The notes beneath the pieces were generated by a model. It was not told where the DNA came from. It did no database searches and saw only the letters and a list, made by a program, of their open reading frames with translations. The translations under genes were made by a program, and so were the position numbers. From the human T2T-CHM13v2.0 reference genome, Homo sapiens, in assembly GCF_009914755.1 (NCBI RefSeq), contig NC_060939.1: a DNA stretch of 64,000 nt. The stretch is one strand, 5' to 3'. Below, piece after piece: positions 44,949 through 61,110 of the stretch; positions within the stretch are counted from its first letter, which is position 1, and each line of letters starts with the position of its first letter.

Positions 44949-45238
44949 ATTTTGTGTTTTTTGGAGAAAAGGTCTCACTCTATTACCCAGGTTTGGGTGC
45001 AATAGTGTGATCATGGCTTACTGCAGCCTTGACCTCCTGGGCTCAAAAGATCCTCCCATTTTGGCCTCCTGAGTAGCTAGAATTACAGGTGCATGCCACC
45101 ACACCAGCTATTTATTTTTTTTGAGATGTGGTCTTGATATGTTGCCCAGGCTGGTCTTAAACTCCTGGCCTCAAGTGATCCTTCTGCCTCCACCTCCCAA
45201 AGTGCTGGGATTACAGATGGGAGTCACTGCACCTGGTC
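44949..45238 (-). mobile_element. AluJ flanked by ~75-bp direct repeats
   Basis: cagccttgacctcctgggctcaa (J-type); repeats at 44875-44948 and 45241-45314. Confidence 0.92.
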
Positions 45239-45438
45239 ATTAGTCACTTACTAAACATGTTTTGAAAAAAGAGTGGCACACAAAAACAGTTCACAAAGTA
45301 CTTGATTTGTATTTTTAATAAATTGCAGAAAATCATTTCCTCTAATAAAAAAGATCAGGCCACGAAAAGTAAAGAATGTCTGAAAAGGTCCAATCTTGGG
45401 ACCTACCAAGCTGACCTTTTGTTAAAACGTGGGTTTTC

Positions 45439-45729
45439 GGCTGGCGCCGGTGGCTCACGCCTGTAATTCCAGCACTTTGGGAGGCCGAGGCGGGCAGGTC
45501 ACGAGGTCAGGAGATCGAGACCATCCTGGCTAACACGGTGAAACACCATCTCTACTAAAACTACAAAAAATTAGCTGGGCGTGGTGGCAGGCGCCTGTAG
45601 TCCCAGCTACTCGGGAGGCTGAGGCAGGAGAATGGCGTGAACCCGGAAGGCAGAGCAGTGAGCCGAGATCATGCCACTGCACTCCAGCCTGGGCAACAGA
45701 GCGAGACTCCGTCTCAAAAAAAAAAAAAA
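45439..45729 (+). mobile_element. AluY inserted in a MER5B-like remnant
   Basis: AluY diagnostics; TSD aaaacgtgggtttt / aaaatgtgggtttt; flank tctgcatttttaacaag. Confidence 0.93.
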
Positions 45730-45783
45730 TGTGGGTTTTTATTCAGTTGATCTGGGGTGAGGCCCAAGGTTCTGCATTTTTAA

Positions 45784-46288
<505 letters not shown>

Positions 46289-46950
46289 TAGAAAATGTAT
46301 ATTTTCTTTAGAATACAAAGGAAATGATGTTCTCAGGCAGCCTTGCTGTTCAGAAACAAAGCTTTTCATCATGCTTTGATTAAAGGTAAGGTACTTTCTT
46401 AATCTAGATCCATCCACCGAACAGCTGGACAAACCTCAGTTTGGAAAATTATTGCCAAATGTTGTGGAATCTCCCTTGCCATGCTTGTTCTACAATTTGG
46501 TTGGAGTTCTGTACCTGGGACAGATGGATGTTTGGGAAATTACTTTACTGAACATAGCAGACCGTGGGACTTGTGCGTGATTATTACCAAAACCATCGCT
46601 AACAAACACTTTTCCAAATTATGACTCATTCCCCTGAGCTGGCTCTTCACAGCGTCTGCTTAGAATACCCGGCCTGATCACTCCTTTTGTCATCTGACTT
46701 GCAGACGGGTGCCTGATCTCCTTTGATATACTGTACATGACATCCTAACAAACCCTTCTCTTTAATCAAAGGAATCAGACATATGCCACCGTCAGAAGTC
46801 AGGGTGGGGCGAACACAGAGCAGATGTGTTCCTGCAGGTCAGATGGAATGAGGGGATTTGGAACATACACTTGGCATAATCTTTAAATTAACCAGAGGAT
46901 CTAATTTTAAAATAAAACCCCACATTTTTTGCGGGGCAGAGACATCATAG

Positions 46951-47431
<481 letters not shown>

Positions 47432-48114
47432 CTCTGGGTTTTAAAGCAGCCTTTGAATAAAGGCAGTATACTACTTGTCTATACACAATCATTTTTAAAA
47501 ATCATATTGCTGGGTGTACATTCGCAGCAGAATAAAAATAAGTCTTTTCTGTGTGTGTTTTATTTTTCACAATTCGGCAGGGCTGTTTTCTTTCCAAGGG
47601 AGAAAACGTGCTCGGCAAAGGGCCTGTAATGATGGACATGCTCAATAAGTGCTGGAATAAGATGCAGGTGTTGAGCCAGAGGTTGGACTAACTATTTAGG
47701 ACAGACCTTGTAAGCCTGAGATGTCTGAGAGTCTGCGTCTGACACATCCACCTGTCTCCTCCACTCCACCTCAAGGTGCTGCATGTGGCTGAGGAAGGGC
47801 CATACTGGATGTGGTTCCCTGGGTCCACTGCCCTCCCGCACAACCTGTCTGCTCTGGACCCCAGGTGCTGCCTGCCAAGACTGTGCCAGTAGACCCCCAT
47901 CCTGTCCTGTACTGGCTCTTCACCCAGACCACCATTCCTGGAAAACAACATCTGCTTCCTCCCAGTTCTTCCCTTTTGGCTGTCAGTACCAATTCTGGGA
48001 ATGAAGAGACTGATTAAACTGCTCTCCCAGAATTTCTCTCCTTTATCCACAAATAGGCGCCTTATTTCCATTATTTTCACCGCTAGGAGATGGGGTAAGA
48101 AAATAGAAAGACTA

Positions 48115-48416
<302 letters not shown>

Positions 48417-48449
48417 AGGAAAGAAAATAGACTATCTTTGTTTATATAG

Positions 48450-49880
48450 ATTTCAATTCTAGCTCTGCCACTTTCTGTCCAGTGACTTGGAGCAGGTCAG
48501 GCAGTTTCTCCGAGCCTCTTAGTTAGCCCCATTCTTTAAGCATCTATGCAATGTGTATTGAACTTTCACTGCATGTCAAGCACTGTGCTGGTTTGAAGGA
48601 TGTGACAATGAATAAGATGTCATCCCTGCCCCCAAGGAACTTATAATCTAGTGGGGGAGATGTAAATAAACAGAAAATACCAATGCAGGGTGTAGGTGAC
48701 AACAGAGTCAATATAGGACAGAAGACAGCACAAAGGAGGGGCACCTGTCCAGCCTCATCTTCCCTGAGGAGGCAGCTTCTGGTGAGGATGAAGGACCAGT
48801 AAGCATTAAGTGGATGAAGGGTGAGGTGCAGCAAACAGAGAGAGCATGCAGAGTCCAGGGACCAGCACAGTGTTCATTGTGGCTACAGCTTGCATTAGGG
48901 GAGTGCATGTGGAAAGGGAGCAAGGGAAGAGGTGAGAAATGAGGTTTTCTAGGCAATCAGGAGCCAGAGGTTGAAGGCCCATGCAAGGTTTCACATAAGG
49001 AGTTTGGACTGAAGGATCTGGAGGGGGAAATGAAAGGTCTTGATTCCTCCCCTTCTCCGTCCTGCCTCATTCACTTCCTTTTCAAGTCCTGTTGTTCCAT
49101 TTCCAAAATACCATCCCAGATCCTCCAACTTCTCCATAGCCACTGCCTTCTTCCTCTAGTTGATTATAATCCAAACAAGCCAAAGCTTGGCTTCTTTGGC
49201 ACAAGTGAGAGAAGATTCTGGTCTGAGCTAAAGCGGTGAGAGTGGTGTCAGGAAAAGTGGATCTATTTGAGTGCTAAGAAGATAGACTCTTCCCATACTG
49301 AGTGAGGCACTTGGGATATAGAGATGAGTAAAAACTGACACAGTCTCTGCTGTTACAGATGTTATCATCCTGTTGGGGGGACAGAGATTAACAAAATGAT
49401 CACACAAATAAAGGTAAAATTACAACAGGAACAAGTGTTATGTGGGTCTTGCCATGGTACCTGGAATCTGGTCCAATCAGGGCCTTCAACTGGAAGAGAG
49501 ATCCTAGTGAAGACTCTCAGAGAATGTCAGGTTGTGCTTGAGCTGAAACCTAAGAATGAGTAGCAGTTCATTAAGCAGTTAGCTTAGGTGGGAAGGGGTG
49601 CCCATTCTGGTTAGGAGCATCAGGCAGTGAAGAGCACACTGGGCATGGGGGACTAGGAGAGGGGCAGAGAGAGCCAGGAGAGGAGGGATTGCTTGCTGCA
49701 AGCGAGCCTGGAGAGGAGGACAGGGGGAGACTGTCAGGCTTCACAGGTCATGGGAGAGAGCTTCACCTTTCCCCAAGGAGCAACCGGAAGTCCCGAAGGA
49801 TGTTCAAGTAGGCAGTGTGGTGGAAGTCGGTTTGTATTTTGAAAGGCACACTTTGCTTCTGTGTTGGAGACTGGATTAAT
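48450..49880. mobile_element. MIR and several L2 fragments
   Basis: ctagctctgccactttct..tttctccgagcctc; ccctgcccccaaggaacttataatctagtgggggaga; tgtattttgaaagg..gtgttggaga. Confidence 0.6.
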
Positions 49881-50308
49881 CTACTTGAATGAATGACAAA
49901 GAAAATGACATAGGAACTGAAAAATTTCCCAGAGACAGAGGGATAATGCTCACAGCTATGACCTGGTTGTTAAGACTGGAACACACAGTACGTGTCACCC
50001 AGTTATGGTAGAAAAAATGGACAGAGAAGTAGTTGGTTCAGAGGGGAAGCCTTTGCAAAATCCACTTAATGTAACAGGCAAATCAGCTGCAAAGCATTAT
50101 ATTCTTCTTTCCTCTCTAAGAAAAACCGAGGGGACTCACTTCTACTATATGGAAGATTGTAATTTACAGATTACAAAAGTTATTTCAAGAAAACAAAAAA
50201 TGGTTTTTGCTAATATAGTAAAATGCAATGTAGATTTCCAAACACTGCTAGAATTACAAAATCTATTTGAAATTAAAACACATCCTAACAACTTAAAAGA
50301 GAAAACTG

Positions 50309-50607
50309 GGCCGGGCGCGGTGGCTCACTCCTGTAATCCCAGCACTTTGGGAGGCCAAGGTGGGCAGATCACAAGGTCAGGAGTTCGAGACCAGTCTGAC
50401 CAACATGGTGAAACCCCATATCTACTAAAAATACAAAAATTAGCCAGGTGTGGTGGTGCGACCCTGTAATCCCAGCTACTCAGGAAGCTGAGGCAGGAGA
50501 ATCTCTTGAACCCAGGAGCGGAGATTGCAGTGAGCCAAGATCGCACCACTGCAGTCCAGCCTGGGTGACAGAGTGAGACTCCATCTCCAAAAAGAAAAGA
50601 AAAGAAA
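50309..50607 (+). mobile_element. AluS (Sg/Sc-like)
   Basis: full dimer with (aaaag)n tail. Confidence 0.92.
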
Positions 50608-51207
50608 ACCCATTTGGAATGGAAGGAGAAGGCAGAGAAAGGGTAATAATCTTTTTCTGTTACTTTCAATCCAGAAATCCCCTTGCTGCTGCTGTTTCTA
50701 TCCTGGAGCTGCCGCATGAGGAATTGTCTGCTCAGCATCTCCATGAGACTAAAATTCCAAAAAGTGAATACGAACTCTCAATGCCCAATTACTTTGTTTG
50801 TAGAAAAGATGACATCTGAAGCTTTGGAATGGAGTGGGGGACCCAACCATACTCTCGCAAAAGCAACATACATTTTCCAGAACACCACGGTCAATAGTGG
50901 GAAATGCCTGCTGGCAGGAAGCTTTTAAATTACTGAGACCATTAGACACAGCAGACACGATTCGAGCAAACATCTCTTAGAGTCAAAATATGAATGGATA
51001 ATGGAATCTATGAGAGGAAGGATCAATGAGCATTGTAATTTGCAAATACAGAGAGATGGGCAGATGCCTAGGGAGACAGTTGAACATTGGGATTACACCT
51101 CATCCCCAGGTTTTTACAAAAGCTTTGACTTGGTAGAAAATAGCCTGGCTATAGAGTGTGTAACAGTTACAAAATGTTTAAAATGTTTTGTAAGATTTCA
51201 GTTTAAG

Positions 51208-51760
<553 letters not shown>

Positions 51761-53245
51761 CATAAGAAGAAAACGGTATGAAAGATTTTAAAAGGGACTG
51801 AAATCCACAACCCCTTGAAATAGGATGTGTACCCCACAGCATGAAGGAGGGCCCTGTTAAGGAAGAGGGAGGGAAGCTGTGTTCCTGCTGTAAAACTTTC
51901 TGGGACCAAGTGTGAAGAAAAGCCTGGAACCTCAGGCAGTCACTGTGACTGAATTATGTTGTTCCCCTCAGCGCCACTTTTTGTTGCTAGCTGGCTGTGA
52001 TAAAATCAATCAGTTTTGAGATTCTTGAATATACAAGAAAGTAATAGAGAAAAATGTATTGATAAAACATGAAGAATGTTGTCAGTCTACATGGGCTGCT
52101 GCCAGTCTCTCAGATTCAGGTTCAAAGGCAGACTGGAAAGTGACAAGAGCTGAGCTACTACATTGTCCTGATTCCAAGACAAGTTGCTTGCTGGGTTGTG
52201 ATGTTGGAAAGGCTCACCGCTCTGCATGGGGTTTGGGAGCCCAGCCAGGACTTGTGACAAGCCCTCTCTTCGCCAACAAGTGTCAGGGCCTCACCCCACA
52301 CCACCTCTGGCATGTCTAGCTCCTTACTGTGTCTTCTGTACCATGTGAAAGAAACTCACCTATGTTCACAAGTCACAAAATGAACTAGGATTTAGAACGG
52401 CAGAGAATTTTGTCTCAATTCAAACATATTTTTAAGCTTTTAGATGTCCATGAATCCACTGTCTGATTTCCTTGCCTGCTATTTAAAAGTGCTTTATCTT
52501 CACTTTCCTGCTTAGCTTGGAAATGTATCTGCATCTTCCTAAGTCTGTTCTCACACCCCCTTCTGAATTGGGTCTCTCTTGAGGATTTGTTCTAATGATT
52601 CTGTTTTCTGTAACTTCTCTTGTTCCTTCTCCTGCCTTGGCTTGTTCCTTTCTATTTACCAACAAACCTAAAACCCCAACCCTAAAACCAAACATGACAA
52701 ACAACTCCCTCTGTCTGGAGCAATGGTATCCACTGGAGTTGTGCAAGATGGTGTTATTGTATCTACCTTATGGAGTTAATGTAAAGATTAAATGATTTAG
52801 TACCTATAAAACTCAAAACAATGCTTAGCACATAAGTGGTCAATCAATGTTAACTAGTTACTATTATTTAAATGATTTCTATGCTCAACATCTATCCTCT
52901 CAACATATTTTTCTATCCCTGGGTTGCTTCTTTTGACTCATCTCCTGGGTATTATAATTCCTAAGTTTTTGCTTGCATACTTGAGAATGTTGCTCTGTTA
53001 CTTTTTTATTTAGAGGACATTCTGGCTGGTTATAAACTTAGTTACTAACCTTTTATTTTCTCTACGCTTTTGTAGACATTTCTCAAAAAGTGTTTCTAGG
53101 GAAAATAATAACTTTACAGGAAAAAAAGTTGGTAGACACCTTCTTAACAAAGTGATCATAAGTTAATATCATCAATACTGGGACAGCCTGACTTCCTGTA
53201 TCCATCCGTGTTTATGATTGGCTTTTGCCATCTGGATGCCCATAA

Positions 53246-53550
<305 letters not shown>

Positions 53551-54755
53551 AAGATTCTTTCTTTACAATTCAAGTTTATGCTCTTCACCAGCGTATGTCT
53601 TGGTATTAGTCATTCTGTATCATTTTCTTCCCTTGGGGGGGGTCTTTGCATCTCAAGATTTATGTATTCAATGCAGGTAAAAAGTTTCTTTGATATCTTG
53701 ATTTTGTTCTGTTCTCTTTTTTAGGAACACCAAATTAGTTACATGTTTGATTTCCTTTGCTATCCATATCTATATTTCTGCAATAATTTTAAATATCTTT
53801 ATTTTTTCTGTTTCATTTTGGATGATTTCCTTAAATGTATCCACATGAACTCTACCAGATTTCAGCCAAAATTACATGGCCCTGTAATTTTTTTTTTTTT
53901 CATTTCTTTCCCAAGGTCTGCAGCTCATTTTTCATCTCTCTTTGTTGTCTTGTCATTTCCACCTTGAATGCTTCTGTCTGTTGCATCTCTTCTCTTCAGT
54001 TTCTTTCTTTTCGGAGAAATCATGTTGTTCCATAATTTTATTGAGATAATGGAAGACTGTTTGTAGAAACTCTTCCCCTATGTCTTTGGATAATTTCTGT
54101 TGTGATTTACTTTGCATTTTTTATGCAAAGATCCTGTTTATGTTTCATCTTTTTCTTTGAATGTGGTTATCTAACTACCAAAATATAGTAGAAAATTTTA
54201 GGGTCTCCAATTTTCTCTCATTTAATTTTTTTTTGCCCTTGGGGCAATTCTCCCCCCAGCTATCAGCATTCAGGAGTCCGTGGTTGTTAATGGACAGTCC
54301 TTTAAGTCCCAGTCTCCCTCTGTTGTGATCTGACCATCACTGTCCCCCATCTCCCTTCATCCTGCTTTCCTCTATTACCTTCCTCTTCCTGTTGGCCACG
54401 TCATCAACTTAGGATATAGAAATGGCCCATGGCATTGAACTAGAACCCTCTGGACCTCCACCTCCATCCCAAAGGACCTTTTCACAATGATGACACTTAC
54501 TTTTGGGAGAACATATACTCTGCTCATTCAGAGGTTCTAAAAAACACATTATAATGGACATCCAGATCCCTGCTCAGGACTAAAGGACTTATTTGTCCAG
54601 TGGCTAGGAGTGCTGCTGGCAAGCAGCCCTCAGCTGTCAGCTTTCTTTGGAATTGCCTTGTCTGGAGAGAGTTGTGATGCCCAGGGTCATGCCTTCTTCC
54701 TAGGGAAGCTTGTATCCAATGAGTGGTCGATGCAGGGATATAAAAGTCCAGCCCC

Positions 54756-55417
<662 letters not shown>

Positions 55418-55619
55418 AAAAGTCCAGCCCCCTCGCCTGAACTCAGGACATCTCTGAAGGGCCATCCCAACTCCAGAGATCCCTGTGGGTAGAAATGAGG
55501 CCTTTGTCAAGACAGCATTACAGTTCAATTCCCTTCTCTGCCCTGTCCTGCTCCCTTTTCTCCTCTTCCCCAGGTGATGATTCCTATAAAACACTCCCCA
55601 ATAAAGGTCCTGTATTTTC

Positions 55620-55941
55620 TTTTCTTTTCTTTCTTTCTTTCTTTTTTTTTTTTTTTTTTGTGACGGAGTCTCGCTCTCTCTCCCAGGCTGGAGCGCAGTG
55701 GCGCGATCTCCGCTCACCGCAAGCTCTGTCTCCCGGCTTCACGCCATTCTCCTGCCTCAGCCTCCCGAGTAGCTGGGACTAGAGGCGCCCGCCACCAGGC
55801 CCAGCTAATTTTTTTTGTATTTTTACTAGAGACAGGGTTTCACCATGTCAGCCAGATGGTCTCGATCTCCTGACCTCGTGATCTGCCCGCCCTGGCCTCC
55901 CAAAGTGCTGGGATTACAGGCGTGAGCCACCGCACCGTACC
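55620..55941 (-). mobile_element. AluY
   Basis: gcaagctc, cacgccattc; TSD aaggtcc(t/g)gtattttc. Confidence 0.93.
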
Positions 55942-56212
55942 AAGGTCCGGTATTTTCAATGCTGTCTCAGATTCTGCTTCCTGGGAGACCCAGCTGGAGA
56001 TTCTCATGTGTTGAGATACATGGTGGCTCTCTGCAGGATCTCTTGTCTCTATCTAGATTGATAGACTTGGACAGCTTGGACTCATCAAAGATCACCTCTT
56101 TTCTTTAGTTTTTCCCCCATGAGTTTGGAGGTATGGGAATGGAGTAAAAAAAAAAAAAATTCATTCTTGCTATATGTATGCAGAATCCAGAGTCAAAAGA
56201 ACTAATTTAAAA

Positions 56213-57720
56213 AACTTTTTATTTTTATATAATTTCAAATTTTTAGAAAAGTTGCAAACGTAGTACAAAGAACTTCTATATATACTTTAGATTCACCAAC
56301 AGTTTGTATATTGCACCCATTTGCTTAATCACTCTGTCTCATATATGTATCATGTATATGCTTATTACTATTATTATTTTAACCATTTGAGAGTAAGTAG
56401 CAGACACACTGGCTTCTTTATTCCTAAATGCTTCAGCACTTCCTAAGAACCAGGACGTTTTCTTACATGATCATAATATAGTGATAACAATAGGGAAGTT
56501 TAACAGTGATATAAAATTATCTATCAATCCACAGTCCACCTTCACTTTTGTCAGTTGTCCCAACTATGTCCTTTGTAGCTATTCTTTTCCGGTCCTGAAT
56601 CTAATCCAGAATCATTCTTTGTACTTAGTTGTCACGAATCTTTAGTTTCTGTAATCTATAACAGTTCTTCTGTCTTTTGTGCTTTTTGTGACTTCAACAT
56701 TTTTGAAAGGTAGAGGTCAATTATTTTGCAGAATATTCCTCCATTGAAGTTTGTTTGCTGTTTCCTTGTGACTGGATCTAGGTTTTTTCATTTTTGGCAG
56801 ACACACCACAGTATGATGCTGTGTTACTGTCTGTGTATCATAACACGATGTCAGTTTGTCCCAGTATTCGTGATGTTAACTTTGACCACTTTGTTAAGAA
56901 GGTGTCTACCAACGTTTTTTTTTTTCCTGTGAAGCTATTATTTTCCTTTTGTGATTAGTAAGTAATTTAGGGGAGATATTTTGAGATTATGTAAATATCC
57001 TGTTACTTACCAAACTCCCACCTAATAATTCCAGCATCCATTGATAATTTTAAAACTCTGTCTTTCCTTCCATGTTTATTATTTCCTCTATGGGTAAGGA
57101 AACACTGTCTGTGCATATATATTTAAATCAGAGTGGACTTGTGGGTTCTTATTGTATTCAGTGGGCAATAATTCATCCAATTTGATGCTCAAACTGTTTC
57201 CTCATAATTATTTAGTTTGATTCCCAAGTTGTTTAAGATTTGGCCAGTGGGAGCCTCTTCAGGTAGGCTCCTGTGTCCTTTAGACATGTTCCCATCATAT
57301 ATAGAACACATCAGTCTTTTCTGTTGAAACAAGATGTTTCAGGTCCATATTGCACTTTCCCTGCCCCACCCCTGAAATTAGCCCTTTCTCCAAGGAGCCA
57401 TTATTTCTCTCTCTCTCTCCCCCTCTCCTATCTACCTATCTACCTACCTACCTATCTCTAGCTCTATATTTATATCTATAAATTAAAAGGCATATAGTAT
57501 AGATCATTCATACCGATACCTCTATTCCAATCCAACACTACAAGATTTATTCTGGGATTTCCCTTTCCATATTTGTAACTCTCTTCAGCAGTGAGAAATC
57601 TGGCTTCCATTTTCCTCAATACATTTACTAATTTTCTCCAGCCTAGAATTCAGAAAGTAGCTTCTGAATTGCTAACATATCCCATTGTGAAAAAGCCAAC
57701 CTGCTAATTAGAATTAAATA
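56213..57720 (-). mobile_element. L1MC/L1MD-type 3' region
   Basis: tataatttcaaatttttagaaaagttgcaa..tagtacaaagaac; tgatgttaactttgaccactt; agatttggccagtgggagcc; gagaaatctggcttccat. Confidence 0.7.
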
Positions 57721-57960
57721 TGTGTTTAAGGGTCTTTTTCTTTTCTAGGTAAAATTTACATACAGCAAAATTGATGAGATTTGATCAATGTCTATACCCA
57801 TGTAACTATCATACAATCAAGACATAAATAAAATATTTCCATCAGCCCATAAAGTTCCCTCATGCCTCCTTTTAGTAAATTCCTGTGCCCCAAGGGTAAT
57901 TACTGTTCTGAATTCTATCACCACAGATTAATTATGTTTCTTCTATTTTTGTATAGAGAC

Positions 57961-58188
57961 TGTACTGTAAGCTCAAATTCCTGGGCCCAAGTGATCCTCC
58001 CATCTCAGCCTCCCGAGTAGCTGGGACTATAGGAACCCACCACCGTGCTCAGCTAATTTTAAAAATTTTTGTAGAGACAGGATCTTGCTATGTTGGCTAG
58101 GCTGGTTTTGAACTCCTGGCCTCCAGCAATCCTCCCACCTTGGCTTACCAAAGTGCTGGGATTACAGGCATGAGCCACTGCACCCCAC
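57961..58188 (-). mobile_element. partial AluJ
   Basis: ttcctgggcccaagtgatcctccc..aaagtgctgggattacaggcatgagcc. Confidence 0.8.
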
Positions 58189-58549
58189 CTATTTATGCCT
58201 GTTCTTGAACTTCATATAAATGGAAAATATAGTATGTGCTCTTTTGCATCTGGCTTTGTTTATGCAAAATAATATTTTTGAGATTCAGCCATGTTGTGAC
58301 ATGTATCAGTTGTTACATTCAATTTTATTACCAAGACGTAGTCCATTATGTGAATATATTACAATTCGGCTTATCCATTCTCCTGTTGATGGACATTTCA
58401 TCGTTTTCGCTATTGAAATAAAGTTGCTATAAACATTCACATACGAATTCTTTAAGGAAAAATGTTTTTGTTTTTCTTGAGTAAATACCTAGCATGTCAT
58501 AGAATGGTTGTATGTTTAACATGATAAGAAACTGCCAAACCAGTTTTAA

Positions 58550-59089
<540 letters not shown>

Positions 59090-59294
59090 TGTCTGTTCTA
59101 TCTTTTGCTGTTTTTAATTGGGTTGTTTGCCTTTTCACTACAGATTTGTAGGATTTCTTTATATATTCTGAATATAAGTCTTTTGTCAAATATATGTATC
59201 ATAACCATTTCTCGGAAAAGTAGTTCCAGTACAGTGGAGAAAAATCATTACAATACATATATTCTCCTTTTCATTTCATTTTCTCAATGGTGTC

Positions 59295-59516
59295 TTTTCT
59301 TTTTTCTTTTTTTGAAGCAGAGTCTCACTCTGTCACCCAGGCTGCAGTACAGTAGTGCAATCTCAGCTCACTGCAACTTCCGCCTCCTAAGTTCAAGCAA
59401 TGCTCCTACCTCAGCCTCCCAAGTAGCTGGGATTACAAGAGCCCGCCACCATGCCCAGCTAATTTTTGTATTTTTGTAGAGAAGGGGTTTTGCCATGTTG
59501 GCCAGGCTGGTCTTGA
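59295..59516 (-). mobile_element. 5'-truncated AluS
   Basis: ends within the left arm; TSD tcaatggtgtcttt on both sides. Confidence 0.88.
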
Positions 59517-59977
59517 TCAATGGTGTCTTTCGATCAGCAGATTAGTTTGATTTCAATGCTGTCCAGTTTATCAAAATTTCCTTTTATGTTTAGTGCTTTC
59601 TGTGTCCTTTCTAGGAAATCTTTACCTATTTTTTTTAACCCTAAAAGCTTGGTAGCTTCAGCTTTTATATTTAGAGCTATAATCAATCTCAATTTAATTT
59701 TATGTGTGGTATACAGTAGGGGTCGAGGCTCATATGTTTTTCTGTACATTTATCCCATTGTTTCAGCTCCATTTATTGAAAGACTTTCTTTGCCTCCATT
59801 GAATTACCTTGGTGCCTTGGTTGAAAATCAATTGTCTTTATATTTGTGGGCCTATTTATGGACTCTGTTCTCTTCCATTAACCTATTTTTCCGTTATTGC
59901 ACGACTACCACATCTTGACTCCTGTAGCTTTATAGTAAAATTTGAAATCAGGTAGTGTGTGTCCTAAAGCGTTGTTC

Positions 59978-60067
59978 TTTTTTTTTTGAGACAGAGTCTC
60001 GTGTTGCCCAGGCTGGAAGGCAGTGGCGCAATCTTGGCTCACTGCAACCTCTGTCTTCTGGGTTCAA
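59978..60067 (-). mobile_element. 5'-truncated Alu (3' end only)
   Basis: gagacagagtctc..ctgcaacctc..gggttcaa; TSD-like ttgttctt. Confidence 0.8.
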
Positions 60068-60315
60068 ACTTTTGTTCTTCTTTTTCAAGGTTGGTTTAAG
60101 TACTCTAGGTCCTTGCATTTCTGCATATATTTTATTAGTAGCCCATCTGTTTCCACAAAAATGTCCTTTGGGATTTTGATTGATATTAACCTATAGATTA
60201 CTTTGGGGAGGAATTAAAATCTTAATAATAATGTCTTCTAATGTATGAACTTGATGTAAGCTTGAGTTACATCAAGCTTACAGACTTTGACCCTTTGACT
60301 TTCTCTCTTGCAATG

Positions 60316-60360
60316 CATATATGTATGTATGTATGTATGTATATGTATGTCTGTATATGT
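60316..60360. repeat. (TATG)n microsatellite
   Basis: atgtatgtatgtatgtatgt. Confidence 0.9.
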
Positions 60361-60929
60361 TGGACAGCTGTAGTCAGTAGACAGCTGTAGTCAGTAGAAA
60401 GTTCTTTGCTCTACTTCTGTTGAGCTGAAAATTATATCTGCAACCTCCAGCAGCTGGATAAAAGCAGAGGATCAGAAAGAGGAGTATTATGTATATACGC
60501 TGATTCTGGGAAAAGTTGGCAATAAGGATGATGAGGAGAGAGGCATGGGCTCCTCTGTACTTGGAGGCAGCATAAGACCTGGCTCTCCTAGCTGTTGGTC
60601 CAATGTGACTCATGCCACTGGTGGGAAAGGGATGGTTAGAAATGGGGAGAAGCATCCAGAGCTGATATTATGGAATACTTGGAGGAGAGATAAATGGCCT
60701 AAATTCTGGCTGAAGAGGCTGGTTATTTCAGGAAGCTGATGAAAAAAGGGGCCATCGTAGACAGATACATCTTATGTAAATATGTCTTCCCCAGAGTAGC
60801 ATATGTCCCATTCAGGACTAGGCTGAGTCTTTAGGTCTGAATGATAAACATATCTTCACTTCTCAGGGCTGGTCAATTGTGTGAATATTTCACTGCAGTA
60901 GAACATATCAACAACAACATAATCTAAAA

Positions 60930-61110
60930 ATAACCACCATTGATTGGGTAGTCATTCTGTGCCAGACCCAATACTACCATTTTACATATATTTTGTTTTT
61001 CACAACAATCTTTTGAGTTAGGTAACATCAGCTATATGTTACAGATGAAGGAACTAAGGATTTGAATGGTGACGTGGACCGTGACCACATGGTTAGCAAA
61101 CGGGAAAGCC
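60930..61110 (-). mobile_element. MIR
   Basis: tcacaacaatc..ttacagatgaaggaactaagg. Confidence 0.65.

Noticed and set aside
46312-46391. Possible plus-strand exon (ttttctttag ... aag|gtaagg)
   Set aside because: Such splice-like pairs occur often by chance, and there is no reading-frame or transcript evidence.
50005-50469. 154-aa ORF with a protein-like N-terminal 100 residues
   Set aside because: I recognise no homology and the C-terminus is Alu-derived. A tBLASTn/PhyloCSF check would be needed; it is unsupported from sequence alone.
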